A stretch of 53,144 nt of DNA from positions 1 to 53,144 of IMG/VR virus record IMGVR_UViG_3300012920_000053. The stretch is one strand, 5' to 3'. Of this stretch, positions 17,701 to 26,328 are shown one piece after another (within the stretch, counting starts at the first letter, position 1; the number at the start of each line of letters is the position of its first letter). Position numbers and translations under genes: made by a program. The DNA comes from a virus (Duplodnaviria; Caudoviricetes). Under the pieces are notes generated by a model that searched no databases, was not told where the DNA came from, and saw only the letters and a program-made list of their open reading frames with translations.

Positions 17701-20696
17701 GTATATCTCGCGAGTTGCGCAGTATTGAGGCCTTCAGCAGCAATCATGTCTTCCATGGTTTCATATGTGACACCAAATGCGTCTACGAAGCCAAAGTCGA
17801 CTTGAATTGCTGCATCAATTCTAGTTCTGGTAGGCACAACACCGCCGCTTCCGCCAGAGGTTGAAAGATTGACTTCATCAGACAAAAGTTCGCCAACTGT
17901 CATTACTTCAGACTCACAATCGAAATCAAAGTATACACCAGGCTTACCGTCAGTGTCAAGATAAGAAGCTGCGGCAGTAGTTACAGAAACTGAAGCTAAA
18001 ACTGCTGAATCTACATCACTTTCGTCACGCAAATACAGTTCAATTACTCCAGAACCATCACCAACAAGTGTACCAATACCGTCTCCATAAGAGTCTCTAA
18101 TTAGGATCTTGTGACCAACTAGGTCAGATCCTTCTGTAGCATGGAAGTTAGGATTAGGAATCGAAACTGTACCAAATACAAATTCGATTGGGTCCCCTTG
18201 AACCGAATTGGTGGAAGTAGCCGATGCGATAATGTTGTCCGAGCCATCAAGAATAAATGCTTGAAGCTCTGAATGGTACTCGTCCAAAACAAGAGTAGGC
18301 ATCTTCATTACTAGTCTTTTAGCGACTACTGTTGCAACAGTAGGTACTCCTGTTAATCCATCCCAACTTTCAGGGTTATAGGAGGCATTCGTGACACCCA
18401 ACATGAAAGGAAAGAGTACCGAAGATGGGGCGGGCGCAAAACCTTGATTGTAATAATCTTCAGTCCATGGAATCAAACTTCCTGGGTTTGAAGGGTCGTC
18501 CATAAACAGACCTACCTCCATAGTCGTTGAGCCAGGTGTATAATTGGCAAGAATCGCATAACCAAGCAAGATGGCATCATCTACCGCAGCCATTGTGGTA
18601 TTATCTGCTGGATTAGCATGGAATCCGCCGAATTCTGGATTGGTATCTCTGTAAAAGATAGGCAACATCTCTCCGCCGTTTGCGTTGGCTGCATCAAATA
18701 CACTCTTGAGGTACAGAATTTTCTGCTCACTTTCGGCGGGAGATCCTAGGAATTGAATCTGTGGGTTGGCAAAAGTGCTTCCAAACGCAAATCCGATACC
18801 AGAAATTGGTGTACCAACAGATGGAAGTCCTGGAATTCCCATAACGCTGTAGGTGATATTTGAGTCTGCTAACCAGTGAGGATTTGGAAAGACTCCGGCG
18901 TCAGTGTCGATATCGGCCATTTCAGCTTCCGAAATATCACCGATGAAGAACATCGAATCAGCTTCGAAGTCACCGCTGGCCACATACGAACCGGCGCCAA
19001 ATGGGTGATTTCCGAAGTTCAAGCTGTAGTCTGAATTGAAATCCAGAAAAGCCATATCAGAAACACCACCAGCTGCATCTGGATCTGTCATGAAGATGAC
19101 TGTATTCTCACCATTAGCGTGAGTAATGACCAATTTATAATCTGCCCAATCATATGTAGGCGAATCAACTAAAGTTGGAGTTTCAACTACAGCAGAAAAA
19201 ACTGGCAATTGTGTCCAGTCATTCGGTGCTTTGTCAAAATAAGATTCCCAATCCGGAATATTGTTTCCAGAAGGGGAGACATGTGCGAATTTAACATTCA
19301 TGGTTGCGCCGGTGTCTGCGATTGACGCATCCCAGCTTTCAAGGCCTAAAACCATGTTCACTTCCATAGTATGGATGTGCGGACCGCGTTTTCTGGCCAA
19401 GACGTGATATTTATAACTCATATTGTTTTCTCCTTGGGTTATTTGCCCGTTATTGTTATATAAGTTTGTCTCATTGTAAAGAGAAGTAATTTCTCCCGCT
19501 GCTAGGGCGCGATTCCAGATTCTGGTATCGTCCTGTGACAAAGCAGCTTGCCCGGGGGCATTTCCGGGTAGAGTCAACTCTGGAATTACATGGTAATTCA
19601 TGGTAATTGGCTGTCCCGGGAACTGGACAATTTGCCCAGTTTGCGGATATTCTCCTGCGAGAACACCGTCTACATATATTCTGACCATTGAGCCATCATA
19701 GGTACCAACTACGTGGTACCATACTTCCGTATCTATTGAGCCAGCGCTCAAATCGTCTCCTTGATGGTCTACAGCAGAAATATAGCCATTTTGTGTTTGT
19801 ATTTGGAAATAAAACTTTCCAGAATTATTTATCGGCGAGTTAGCAGGAACTACTCCTTCATTCTGGCGAACACGTCCGAGGACCCATGACATGTGATCAG
19901 ACGATGGTGTAGCATTGTGGCCATTGGCTGTAATGAAGTAATCATAATGATTACCTAAAGCACTATACTTAATCCAAGTTGATACAGTCATTGCGTCTGT
20001 TGGGACAAGATCTTCGCTGTAAGGAACGCTTACATAATCTGTACCGTTTCCAGGGTATTCAAACCACTCATTACCGCTATTGGCGACATAAGTTTCCGCT
20101 CCAGTTGGAGATGTAGCATTGTGATTTCCTGTTTCATCTTGAAGATTTCCGTCAAATAACCACTTCGCTACCAAGCCATCTTCGAGCGAGAGAACGCCGT
20201 TGTTATTATAGGAATCAGCAATTTGCTGACTCGTCGCGACACCCTCATACACTCTCAAATCTCTAACTTCTGCTGCGAATTCTTGATTCGCAGGTCCATT
20301 AAGGACATCGATAGCTGTAGGTGGTGTCGCGTTTGCGGTTGGATCAACAGTGCCAATGGAAACTCCATTAGCAAAATATTCCATAGTCGATCCGTCATAA
20401 GTGACAGTGACTAAATGCCATGTGTCTGCCACCTTTAGGGGATCTCCTGCCGCGAGGCTTAGGCGCGAAGAGTCTGGTGTCAAATTGCTCGTCCAGTTAC
20501 CCGCGCCGATTCTGCCATAATGTGCGTCCAAGACATATCTATATCCCGAATTCTGCAAATATAGATTGGCCCACTGCTGTGTTCCATCTAAATTAACATT
20601 TTTAACCCAGATATTTATCGTATATGTCGCTGGAAGCGAAATAGAACTAGAAAGACCTGACAGGGTGCCTAAATGTTCTTCTTGTAAAGATATCAT
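14748..20696 (-). CDS. Giant acidic virion fibre/adhesin-like protein: two LamG (ConA-like) domains, a beta-rich middle, a 29-aa-repeat coiled-coil stalk and a C-terminal small beta domain
   Basis: LamG motifs TWHLVTVTYDGSTMEYFANG and WYHVVGTYDGSMVRIYVDG...DDTRIWNRAL; fibre-type motifs DQIVNKAYVD and GVDLDQLVELVAAY; tandem ALQSDVDQNEADADAAITSLSGAVAADLA. The start is uncertain: the ORF is open from 20843, and the best RBS (GGAG) precedes the ATG at 20696. Confidence 0.75.
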   Translation of the reverse strand: MISLQEEHLGTLSGLSSSISLPATYTINIWVKNVNLDGTQQWANLYLQNSGYRYVLDAHYGRIGAGNWTSNLTPDSSRLSLAAGDPLKVADTWHLVTVTYDGSTMEYFANGVSIGTVDPTANATPPTAIDVLNGPANQEFAAEVRDLRVYEGVATSQQIADSYNNNGVLSLEDGLVAKWLFDGNLQDETGNHNATSPTGAETYVANSGNEWFEYPGNGTDYVSVPYSEDLVPTDAMTVSTWIKYSALGNHYDYFITANGHNATPSSDHMSWVLGRVRQNEGVVPANSPINNSGKFYFQIQTQNGYISAVDHQGDDLSAGSIDTEVWYHVVGTYDGSMVRIYVDGVLAGEYPQTGQIVQFPGQPITMNYHVIPELTLPGNAPGQAALSQDDTRIWNRALAAGEITSLYNETNLYNNNGQITQGENNMSYKYHVLARKRGPHIHTMEVNMVLGLESWDASIADTGATMNVKFAHVSPSGNNIPDWESYFDKAPNDWTQLPVFSAVVETPTLVDSPTYDWADYKLVITHANGENTVIFMTDPDAAGGVSDMAFLDFNSDYSLNFGNHPFGAGSYVASGDFEADSMFFIGDISEAEMADIDTDAGVFPNPHWLADSNITYSVMGIPGLPSVGTPISGIGFAFGSTFANPQIQFLGSPAESEQKILYLKSVFDAANANGGEMLPIFYRDTNPEFGGFHANPADNTTMAAVDDAILLGYAILANYTPGSTTMEVGLFMDDPSNPGSLIPWTEDYYNQGFAPAPSSVLFPFMLGVTNASYNPESWDGLTGVPTVATVVAKRLVMKMPTLVLDEYHSELQAFILDGSDNIIASATSTNSVQGDPIEFVFGTVSIPNPNFHATEGSDLVGHKILIRDSYGDGIGTLVGDGSGVIELYLRDESDVDSAVLASVSVTTAAASYLDTDGKPGVYFDFDCESEVMTVGELLSDEVNLSTSGGSGGVVPTRTRIDAAIQVDFGFVDAFGVTYETMEDMIAAEGLNTAQLARYTTPAFDPRVIKYSLAHSQFISGDQIVNKAYVDQEIADANTEIDEAIDAIGLTGSYAAHASARYITAATSLHNADLLLDTAISGVQDNVDDNAADILSLSSSVSSSLAALDLELSGDITNLSSSAAADRASIRTEFANADTALSGALMATISALQSDVDQNEADADAAITSLSGAVAADLAALQSDVDQNEADADAAITSLSGAVAADLAALQSDVDQNEADADAAITSLSGAVAADLAALQSDVDQNEADADAAITSLSGAVAADLAALQSDVDQNEADADAAIAVERGRIDAILSGSGVDLDQLVELVAAYELADTNIITSITNLQGDVTSLSGAVASDLAALQSDVDQNEADADAAITSLSGAVAADLAALQSDVDQNEADADAAITSLSGAVAADLAALQSDVDQNEADADAAITSLSGAVAADLAALQSDVDQNEADADAAITSLSGAVAADLLAMETDYISRDNQIVSDYIAADTALSGALMATITALQSDVDQNEADADAAITSLSGAVAADLAALQSDVDQNEADADAAITSLSGAVAADLAALQADVDQNEADADAAITSLSGAVAADLAALQADVDQNEADADAAITSLSGAFAADLAALQSDVDQNEADADAAITSLSGAVAADLAALQSDVDQNEADADAAIAVERGRIDAILSGSGVDLDQLVELVAAYELADTNIITSITNLQGDVTSLSGAVAADLVALQSDVDQNEADADLAISNLQADVDANELQHDQEMKDMFGDNYVSGAVGGISFVAHTEDQMWPLQSSDLHLAVDFGDALKKMDERLQASEYGLQVTHDVALEMMSDVETLQSEVQAMQDEVEGLVETVVSGTNAVVADVRGDIALVRDMICQETEVLTSDIAAGGTHAIQYNASEIQLVSLNGQILTEGFDYNFDVASPQAITMTFGLLTGDRMVVVYKKDISLSSSVIVNSSDFLTGTMTDPSSFATKVSDASNDIATEEEWGAAIPTFPLS
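15520..17290 (-). repeat. Coding tandem repeat, 87-nt/29-aa unit (~16 copies of the DVDQNEADAD core) with a higher-order duplication
   Basis: Counted in the translation. The insert AVERGRIDAILSGSGVDLDQLVELVAAYELADTNIITSITNLQGDV and the block ADTALSGALMATI each occur twice. Boundaries are approximate. Confidence 0.9.
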
Positions 20697-20869
20697 ATAA
20701 GATTTCTCCGTGGGATTTTTACTTTCCCTATTATCCTTAAATGTTTTTGTTGAATTTTTATAACGTATAAACTCCTCAAAAACGCCAATAAAAGAAGGCA
20801 TATCTCCTCTATTGGAATTGTATGTATTTCGGCGGAAACCCAAAAGACCAAAAAAATAAATATTTTTTT

Positions 20870-20906
20870 TAAAAAAATAATCCTCACAAAATTTATTGTG
20901 AGGATT
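20870..20906 (-). terminator. Rho-independent terminator after prkA
   Basis: 11-bp inverted repeat aatcctcacaa / ttgtgaggatt (20879-20906) followed by a U-rich tract on the minus strand. Confidence 0.75.
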
Positions 20907-20935
20907 TGAATATATGATCGATTTATTTATCTTGT

Positions 20936-22879
20936 TTAGCTATCACGCCACAAATTATTAGATGCATACTTTATAATTTCGTTGGCTGAGTCTTCGCTAT
21001 AACCGTAATTGTCAATCAAGGTTTGCACCATTTCATTATATTTCTTCTGCTGTTTCTTATCTCTGGACTTGGACTTCGTAACAATCCTTGAAATCTCACG
21101 AACAGATGTCAACAGTTTATTTTCAATAGCTTCCTTGAGGGGTCCATAAGAGGTCCAGTCAATCTTCTCCTTTTTTCTCAATTTGGAGAACATGTAGGCT
21201 GTTATGTCTGCTCTAAAGTTTTCTCTTGCCGACCCAACGATTCCAATCTGCTCTTCGATTGAGGTCAAGAAACTTTCGTCTGCATTCATTTCTTCTTTGG
21301 TCGTCTTATCCTTAACTTTTGTTCCGTTCACATATGCCTCTGCGTGATCGAGGTAATTGTCGAACAAAGATTCTGCTTGCTCTTGATAAGCGGAAACGAA
21401 TGCCTTTGTGATTTCTTTCTCAAGGATTTTCAAATATTCATCATGAAGCTCTTTCTGGAGAAAAGAAAGATATTTTTCTCTTAGATCCTCGACAACCACT
21501 TGCTCTTTTACTTGCTTGATTAGTGCATCTCGGATAGAGATTGGCGTAACCATGTTATTATCAGAGTCTGCCAAAGCTGCGTCAATTGCTTTCATAATAA
21601 ATCTAGTTGAAATTCCTGTCATTCCTTCGTCGCGGACTTCGTCGCGCAAGTCATTGATATCAATTTTCTTGATATAGCCCTTCTCTACAATATTTTGGCC
21701 ATTGTAGATCTTCATCTTAGTCATTGGATCAACTTTATTTGATGTCTTTAGTCTAGATAGTACGGCAAACATGGCCGCGATTTCCAGAGTGTGGGGAGCA
21801 ATATGTGCGTCAAAATCTGATTCTTCTAACATTTTATTATAAATTTTCTGTTCTTCGTCAACTTCCAGGCAGTAGGGAACGTTTACTCTAACAATTCTGT
21901 CAAGAATAGCTTCGTTTGTATTTTCAGACTTGAATTTATTCCATTCCGCTTCGTTACAATGAGCTAAAATAACTCCGTCAAAATAAATCATGGCGCCCTT
22001 TCCTGGGCTTGGAACGGCCTTCTCCTGCGTTGCAGTAATCATTGTGTGTAAGAACTCGATTTCATTCTTGAACACCTCCACAAACTCAACTATGCCCCTA
22101 TTTCCAACGTTAAACGCACCATTCAAACTCAAGGCTCGTGGGTCATCTTCTGGATATAAATCTAGTTTGGAGATGTCTTCCGAGCCAATCAAAATACTTG
22201 TATCTTGGGTGTTAGCATCCATCGGAGGAACCACTCCAACGCCTCGCCTACCTCTTATGGAAAAAGAAGTTTCCTTTACCTTGAAGGACATATAGTCTCC
22301 ATCAAGTTCTTCCAGGAGTTTGTGTCTACAAACTGGACATAGGTCTCCTTCGATTTTTACACCATATAGCTCTTTAAATCTATCTCGAAGCCCACGAGGA
22401 ATTAGGTGTAAGGGATTTTCGTTGATCGGACAGCCATCTAAAGCATACAGCGGGCCTGCACCCTCTAGCGCGCGCTTAATGTGTTCAACAAGGGCCGACT
22501 TACCGGCACCTACCGGACCCAGTAATAATAAAACCTGACGGCTTTCTTCGCCTTTCATGGCTGCCGAGTGTAGATATCTCATGACTTTAACAAGAGATCT
22601 TTCCATTCCAAAAAATTTATTTTGAAAGTAGTCGTATGTTCTTATCTCGTCACCATTGAATAGGTTGTTACATCTAGTATCCTCTTCGGACATTCTAGTG
22701 ATTCCGTGTTTAGTGATTGCCTCGTAAAGTCTCTTATGAGCCAAAACAGCCACTTCTGGCCTGCCCTCAAACAACTCTAAGAATTCAGAAAAAGTTCCAT
22801 GGAATTTCTCTTTCTTGCTTCCTTTTTTGTGTTCTTCGGCAATTTGTAAAAATTTATTTGTTTTTGATTCGTGTGTCAT
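20936..22879 (-). CDS. prkA: PrkA/YeaG family AAA+ serine protein kinase-like protein, 647 aa
   Basis: FFGMERSL...AAMKGEESRQVLLLLGPVGAGKS (Walker A), GCPINENPLHLIP, DDPRALSLNGAFNVGNRGIVEFVEVFK, AILDRIVRVNVPYCL, EGMTGISTRF. Confidence 0.95.
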   Translation of the reverse strand: MTHESKTNKFLQIAEEHKKGSKKEKFHGTFSEFLELFEGRPEVAVLAHKRLYEAITKHGITRMSEEDTRCNNLFNGDEIRTYDYFQNKFFGMERSLVKVMRYLHSAAMKGEESRQVLLLLGPVGAGKSALVEHIKRALEGAGPLYALDGCPINENPLHLIPRGLRDRFKELYGVKIEGDLCPVCRHKLLEELDGDYMSFKVKETSFSIRGRRGVGVVPPMDANTQDTSILIGSEDISKLDLYPEDDPRALSLNGAFNVGNRGIVEFVEVFKNEIEFLHTMITATQEKAVPSPGKGAMIYFDGVILAHCNEAEWNKFKSENTNEAILDRIVRVNVPYCLEVDEEQKIYNKMLEESDFDAHIAPHTLEIAAMFAVLSRLKTSNKVDPMTKMKIYNGQNIVEKGYIKKIDINDLRDEVRDEGMTGISTRFIMKAIDAALADSDNNMVTPISIRDALIKQVKEQVVVEDLREKYLSFLQKELHDEYLKILEKEITKAFVSAYQEQAESLFDNYLDHAEAYVNGTKVKDKTTKEEMNADESFLTSIEEQIGIVGSARENFRADITAYMFSKLRKKEKIDWTSYGPLKEAIENKLLTSVREISRIVTKSKSRDKKQQKKYNEMVQTLIDNYGYSEDSANEIIKYASNNLWRDS

Positions 22880-22880
22880 G

Positions 22881-24182
22881 TTAAAATTCCCAAGGTTCCC
22901 CTTCTATAATAGTTGTAAAGCAGACTTCGTCGTCCCACAGAGAGCATATTTGTTCATATACTCTGTTTGCATATGATAATTCAAGATCACGCCCATCATG
23001 TTCGTGCTCGATATAAAGTGTATTTGTCTTTTTATCAAAATCGCTAACATAAACGACAGGAACTCCTTTAAGTCCTGTATTCCTAATTAGATTGTCCCTT
23101 ACGCTTTTCCACCCTTCTTCGTCAGAAATTTCAGAAATAGTGTAATTATCTGTCATATTCTCATATGAGTAACTGAATAAGTTTAAGTCTCTACAAATTT
23201 CTTCTGTCAAATATTTTCTTATGAAAGATTCATCGTTGTGTATCTCTCGAACAGACTTACATTCTTCAAATCCGTGCTTTTCTTCTATGTCTTTGAAAAT
23301 TGTGTAACCTAGGTGATAAGGATTTACCCTCCCGAGTATTGGGCGTACAACCTGATTGTGAGTTTTCAAAAAAGATAAATGATACTTGTCTGGCAATTCT
23401 AGATCCTTCATTATCTTTTCATGAATCATCACTGCCCATCCCTCATTCATAATCTTAGTTTGTGCCTGTGGCATAAAATATAGTGATCTTTTTTCTACCA
23501 TTTCCATCAAATCTTGTTTCCAATCTTCAATTCCTCTGGCGTTTTTTCTAATAAAACCGATCAAATTATAATCTTTTTGAACCAAGCCGTTTTCAACATT
23601 TAGCAAGCCATTTGTCTTCTTGAAAAGATCTTTTTTTGCCTGATCCTCTGTTCTTCTTTTGATCCCCGGAGTTCTTGGAAGTTGATATTGGATGGAGTGA
23701 CATGCATCGATAACTTGCTCCACCTTATCGATTCCAATATTTGGATCTTCAATATACGCTTGTACTCGTTTTGCAGCAGACTTGAATCTAGATATGATAT
23801 TGGCAGGATCAGTCTCTTTGAACATTCTATTATTTTTGAAAAAATCAGAATGGCCGACACAATGAGACATGGTCAAGAGGTGGGTGCTCATTGGATTTTC
23901 AAGCATCAGATATGCAATACTGGGGTCACTATTAATAATCATTTCGTAAGGTAGACCTTCCATTCCTAAATTATATCTTGTTATTGTTCTTTCAAAATTC
24001 TTACCATATGACCAATGTCTATAATGCGTTGGTAAGCCAGTGTAGGCCATGGCGCCAATCATTTCATGATAATTCAAAATTTCATATTCTATGAGAAACC
24101 AGTCTAGGTCATATTTTTCTTTAGCTATTTTACAAATTTTATCATCCCACTCTTGCAATTCTTTGATACTCCAATCTTTCAT
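22881..24182 (-). CDS. spoVR: SpoVR/YcgB family protein (~433 aa)
   Basis: GLPTHYRHWSYGK, YEMIINSDPSIAYLM, HCVGHSDFFKNN, YFMPQAQTKIMNEGWA, NPYHLG. The likely start is ATG at 24182, overlapping the yeaH stop (ATGA). Confidence 0.95.
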   Translation of the reverse strand: MKDWSIKELQEWDDKICKIAKEKYDLDWFLIEYEILNYHEMIGAMAYTGLPTHYRHWSYGKNFERTITRYNLGMEGLPYEMIINSDPSIAYLMLENPMSTHLLTMSHCVGHSDFFKNNRMFKETDPANIISRFKSAAKRVQAYIEDPNIGIDKVEQVIDACHSIQYQLPRTPGIKRRTEDQAKKDLFKKTNGLLNVENGLVQKDYNLIGFIRKNARGIEDWKQDLMEMVEKRSLYFMPQAQTKIMNEGWAVMIHEKIMKDLELPDKYHLSFLKTHNQVVRPILGRVNPYHLGYTIFKDIEEKHGFEECKSVREIHNDESFIRKYLTEEICRDLNLFSYSYENMTDNYTISEISDEEGWKSVRDNLIRNTGLKGVPVVYVSDFDKKTNTLYIEHEHDGRDLELSYANRVYEQICSLWDDEVCFTTIIEGEPWEF

Positions 24183-25387
24183 GATTCTCCTCCAAAAAGC
24201 TCTCTGAAAGAAAGCCATATGTGATCGGGTTTGGTGATCTTTATTTTTTTGAATTTCTCGTCAACAATATGATTCAGTTTTCTCCACAAATTGGAAGCTT
24301 CTGAATTATTGTAACTATAGGATCTGTTCAAAAGGGTGTCTAATTCGGACTCTCTGTGTCCAAAAGGATCTATCTCCGCATAGCACATCATTTGATTTAT
24401 TTGCTTCAGTTCTGTAAACAGATCGATTACTTTTTCATCGTCAAACGACCAGTTTTCTCCATCTCCGGAATAAAAAGTATAAATGTTCCAACTAGAAGGG
24501 TGGTATCTTTTTGATATGATCTCCTTTTCTAGCTCTAAAGCAGTTGACATAACGGTACCTCCTGTTGAAGCTTTTTTGAAAAAATCGTCTTCAGTTACTT
24601 CTTTGGCATCAGTGGAGTGAGAAATAAAAACCACTTCTATGTTATTATATTTGTAATTCAAAAATTGATATAAAAGAAAATAAAAACTTCTTGCCATATA
24701 CTTCTTATCCTTACCCATGGAACCAGAAACGTCCATTAGAAAAAATATAACAGCAGAATTATTTTCTTCATGCTTTATTTTCATATGCTTATATTTTAGA
24801 TCATCTTTATGGAAAGGAAATCTCTCATCACCGCCCTCTTGATAGGCTCCAGAGGCAATTGCCATTTTTTTCCTGCGGATTTTTCTTTTTATAGTCTCTT
24901 TTTTAGAAAGCCTGGATCTCATGCCCTTTTTCCTGAATCCAGATCTTTTCAATTTTTTATGTTCTATAAACTTGAACTTTTTTCGTTCAAGATCTGGTAA
25001 CTCTAGATCCTGAAATAAATACTCTGCCAACTCTTCCAATGAAATTTCAACTTCGTAATATTCTTCGCCAGGATCCTTTGAACCTTTTTTGCCCTGGGCT
25101 TTTCCTTTTTTAGAGCCGCGACGGACAACCTGTCCTTTGGTAACATTCTTGTCACCAGCAGAACTAACTTTTTTATTGTCGCTGTTTTCTCCATATACAA
25201 GCTGATATTCTTTAATTCCTTTTACTGGAATTTTTACTTTCTTTTTGCCATCTTGGCCGATGATCGATTCATCCGCAACAACGTCTCTAATTCCCTCTCT
25301 CAAAGCTTTATCTATTTTTTGCTTATGTCTTTTTCTGTCAGCTGCTGACCTGTCTGCTATTGATTTATGTTCTCTAAAAATACTCAT
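24179..25387 (-). CDS. yeaH: YeaH/YhbH (DUF444) vWA-domain protein (~402 aa)
   Basis: DRSAADRKRH...EELAEYLFQDLELPDL...DDLKYK...AVIFFLMDVSGSM (MIDAS)...GGTVMSTAL...RYHPSSWNIYTFYSGDGENW. The likely start is ATG at 25387. Confidence 0.93.
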   Translation of the reverse strand: MSIFREHKSIADRSAADRKRHKQKIDKALREGIRDVVADESIIGQDGKKKVKIPVKGIKEYQLVYGENSDNKKVSSAGDKNVTKGQVVRRGSKKGKAQGKKGSKDPGEEYYEVEISLEELAEYLFQDLELPDLERKKFKFIEHKKLKRSGFRKKGMRSRLSKKETIKRKIRRKKMAIASGAYQEGGDERFPFHKDDLKYKHMKIKHEENNSAVIFFLMDVSGSMGKDKKYMARSFYFLLYQFLNYKYNNIEVVFISHSTDAKEVTEDDFFKKASTGGTVMSTALELEKEIISKRYHPSSWNIYTFYSGDGENWSFDDEKVIDLFTELKQINQMMCYAEIDPFGHRESELDTLLNRSYSYNNSEASNLWRKLNHIVDEKFKKIKITKPDHIWLSFRELFGGES

Positions 25388-25397
25388 TTGTTTTATC

Positions 25398-26327
25398 CTA
25401 AAAAATTTCTGCCAATGCAGTAAGAAATACAACTGTTAAATTTGAACCCGCCGTGATGGGAAAGTTTGATATTATTTCCCCATCTTTTACGTAAAAGTCT
25501 GTTACTCCGGGACTATCAGAGACACTCTGCAATATACCGTTGACAAATATCATAATTGTTGTGTAATCTATATCTCCCGAAATATCGAAAGAGTCATTGA
25601 TTGACGAACCTCCCGTGATAGTAGTAGCTAAAATTCCTGGCGCGGGGGCACCAAATTGCTGTGCCGAAAAGACAACTTTTGCAGCCGTCCCTGATCCACC
25701 TCCAGAGCCTCCAGAACCCCCAGAACCTCCAGAACCCCCAGAACCTCCAGAACCACCGGTTCCAGAACTCCCTTCTTCGGAAACCAACATAGAACCAGCA
25801 GAAAGTGCTGAAGAATAAGCTGCTGGAGAGAGCGTCTGTAAATCTATAAGCCCTTTTCTTGTTTTTATACATTTTGCCTGAATCTCGAACAAGTGGTCAA
25901 CTTGTCCAAACAGTTGTCTGCCATCCGTCAATGAGACTATTTCATAAAATCTATCTCCGTATTGGACATAATCACCTTCTCGGACATAGGTATCTTGATC
26001 CTGTAGAAGCCTTCTCTTATGAAATTTTACAGTTATGGTATTATCTTTGTCTAAGCCGTAATTTTTAGTTTGTGTGGTGATAGCTTCGAATTCTACGAGT
26101 CCATAAATTCTTATAGGTGGTAAAAAACACTTTTCTATAGCCTCTCCATACAACGGATGATAATTTGTAAACTCCCTAGAGACTGGAATATAGGCGATTT
26201 GCTGCCCTACAACCCTTTCCAAAAGCTCATCATTAACTTGCTTTACTAAGTTTCTTTCCTTCTCGCCCAAGAAAAGAGGAGGAGGGGGGTTCGATGGTCT
26301 TGTCCACTTGTTTTCATCATCTGACAT
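25398..26327 (-). CDS. Neck/head-closure protein (gp14-like) with a Gly-Ser linker and an appended C-terminal beta domain
   Basis: NDELLERVVGQQIAYIPV...HPLYGEAIEKCF...VREGDYVQYGDRFYEIV, then (GGS)n, then IFVNGILQ...DFY. It lies downstream of the capsid and neck genes. Confidence 0.65.
   Translation of the reverse strand: MSDDENKWTRPSNPPPPLFLGEKERNLVKQVNDELLERVVGQQIAYIPVSREFTNYHPLYGEAIEKCFLPPIRIYGLVEFEAITTQTKNYGLDKDNTITVKFHKRRLLQDQDTYVREGDYVQYGDRFYEIVSLTDGRQLFGQVDHLFEIQAKCIKTRKGLIDLQTLSPAAYSSALSAGSMLVSEEGSSGTGGSGGSGGSGGSGGSGGSGGGSGTAAKVVFSAQQFGAPAPGILATTITGGSSINDSFDISGDIDYTTIMIFVNGILQSVSDSPGVTDFYVKDGEIISNFPITAGSNLTVVFLTALAEIF
25695..25770 (-). repeat. 9-bp tandem repeat encoding a (GGS)n linker
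   Basis: + strand cctccagaa/cccccagaa units; the translation reads GTGGSGGSGGSGGSGGSGGSGGGSG. Confidence 0.85.
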
Positions 26328-26328
26328 A

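Noticed and set aside
20697-20843. N-terminal extension of the giant ORF from TTG 20843 or ATG 20801, or a structured RNA in this leader
   Set aside because: TTG 20843 has no SD, the GAGGAG before ATG 20801 is only ~2 nt from it, and no convincing RNA fold was seen. ATG 20696 is preferred but not proven.
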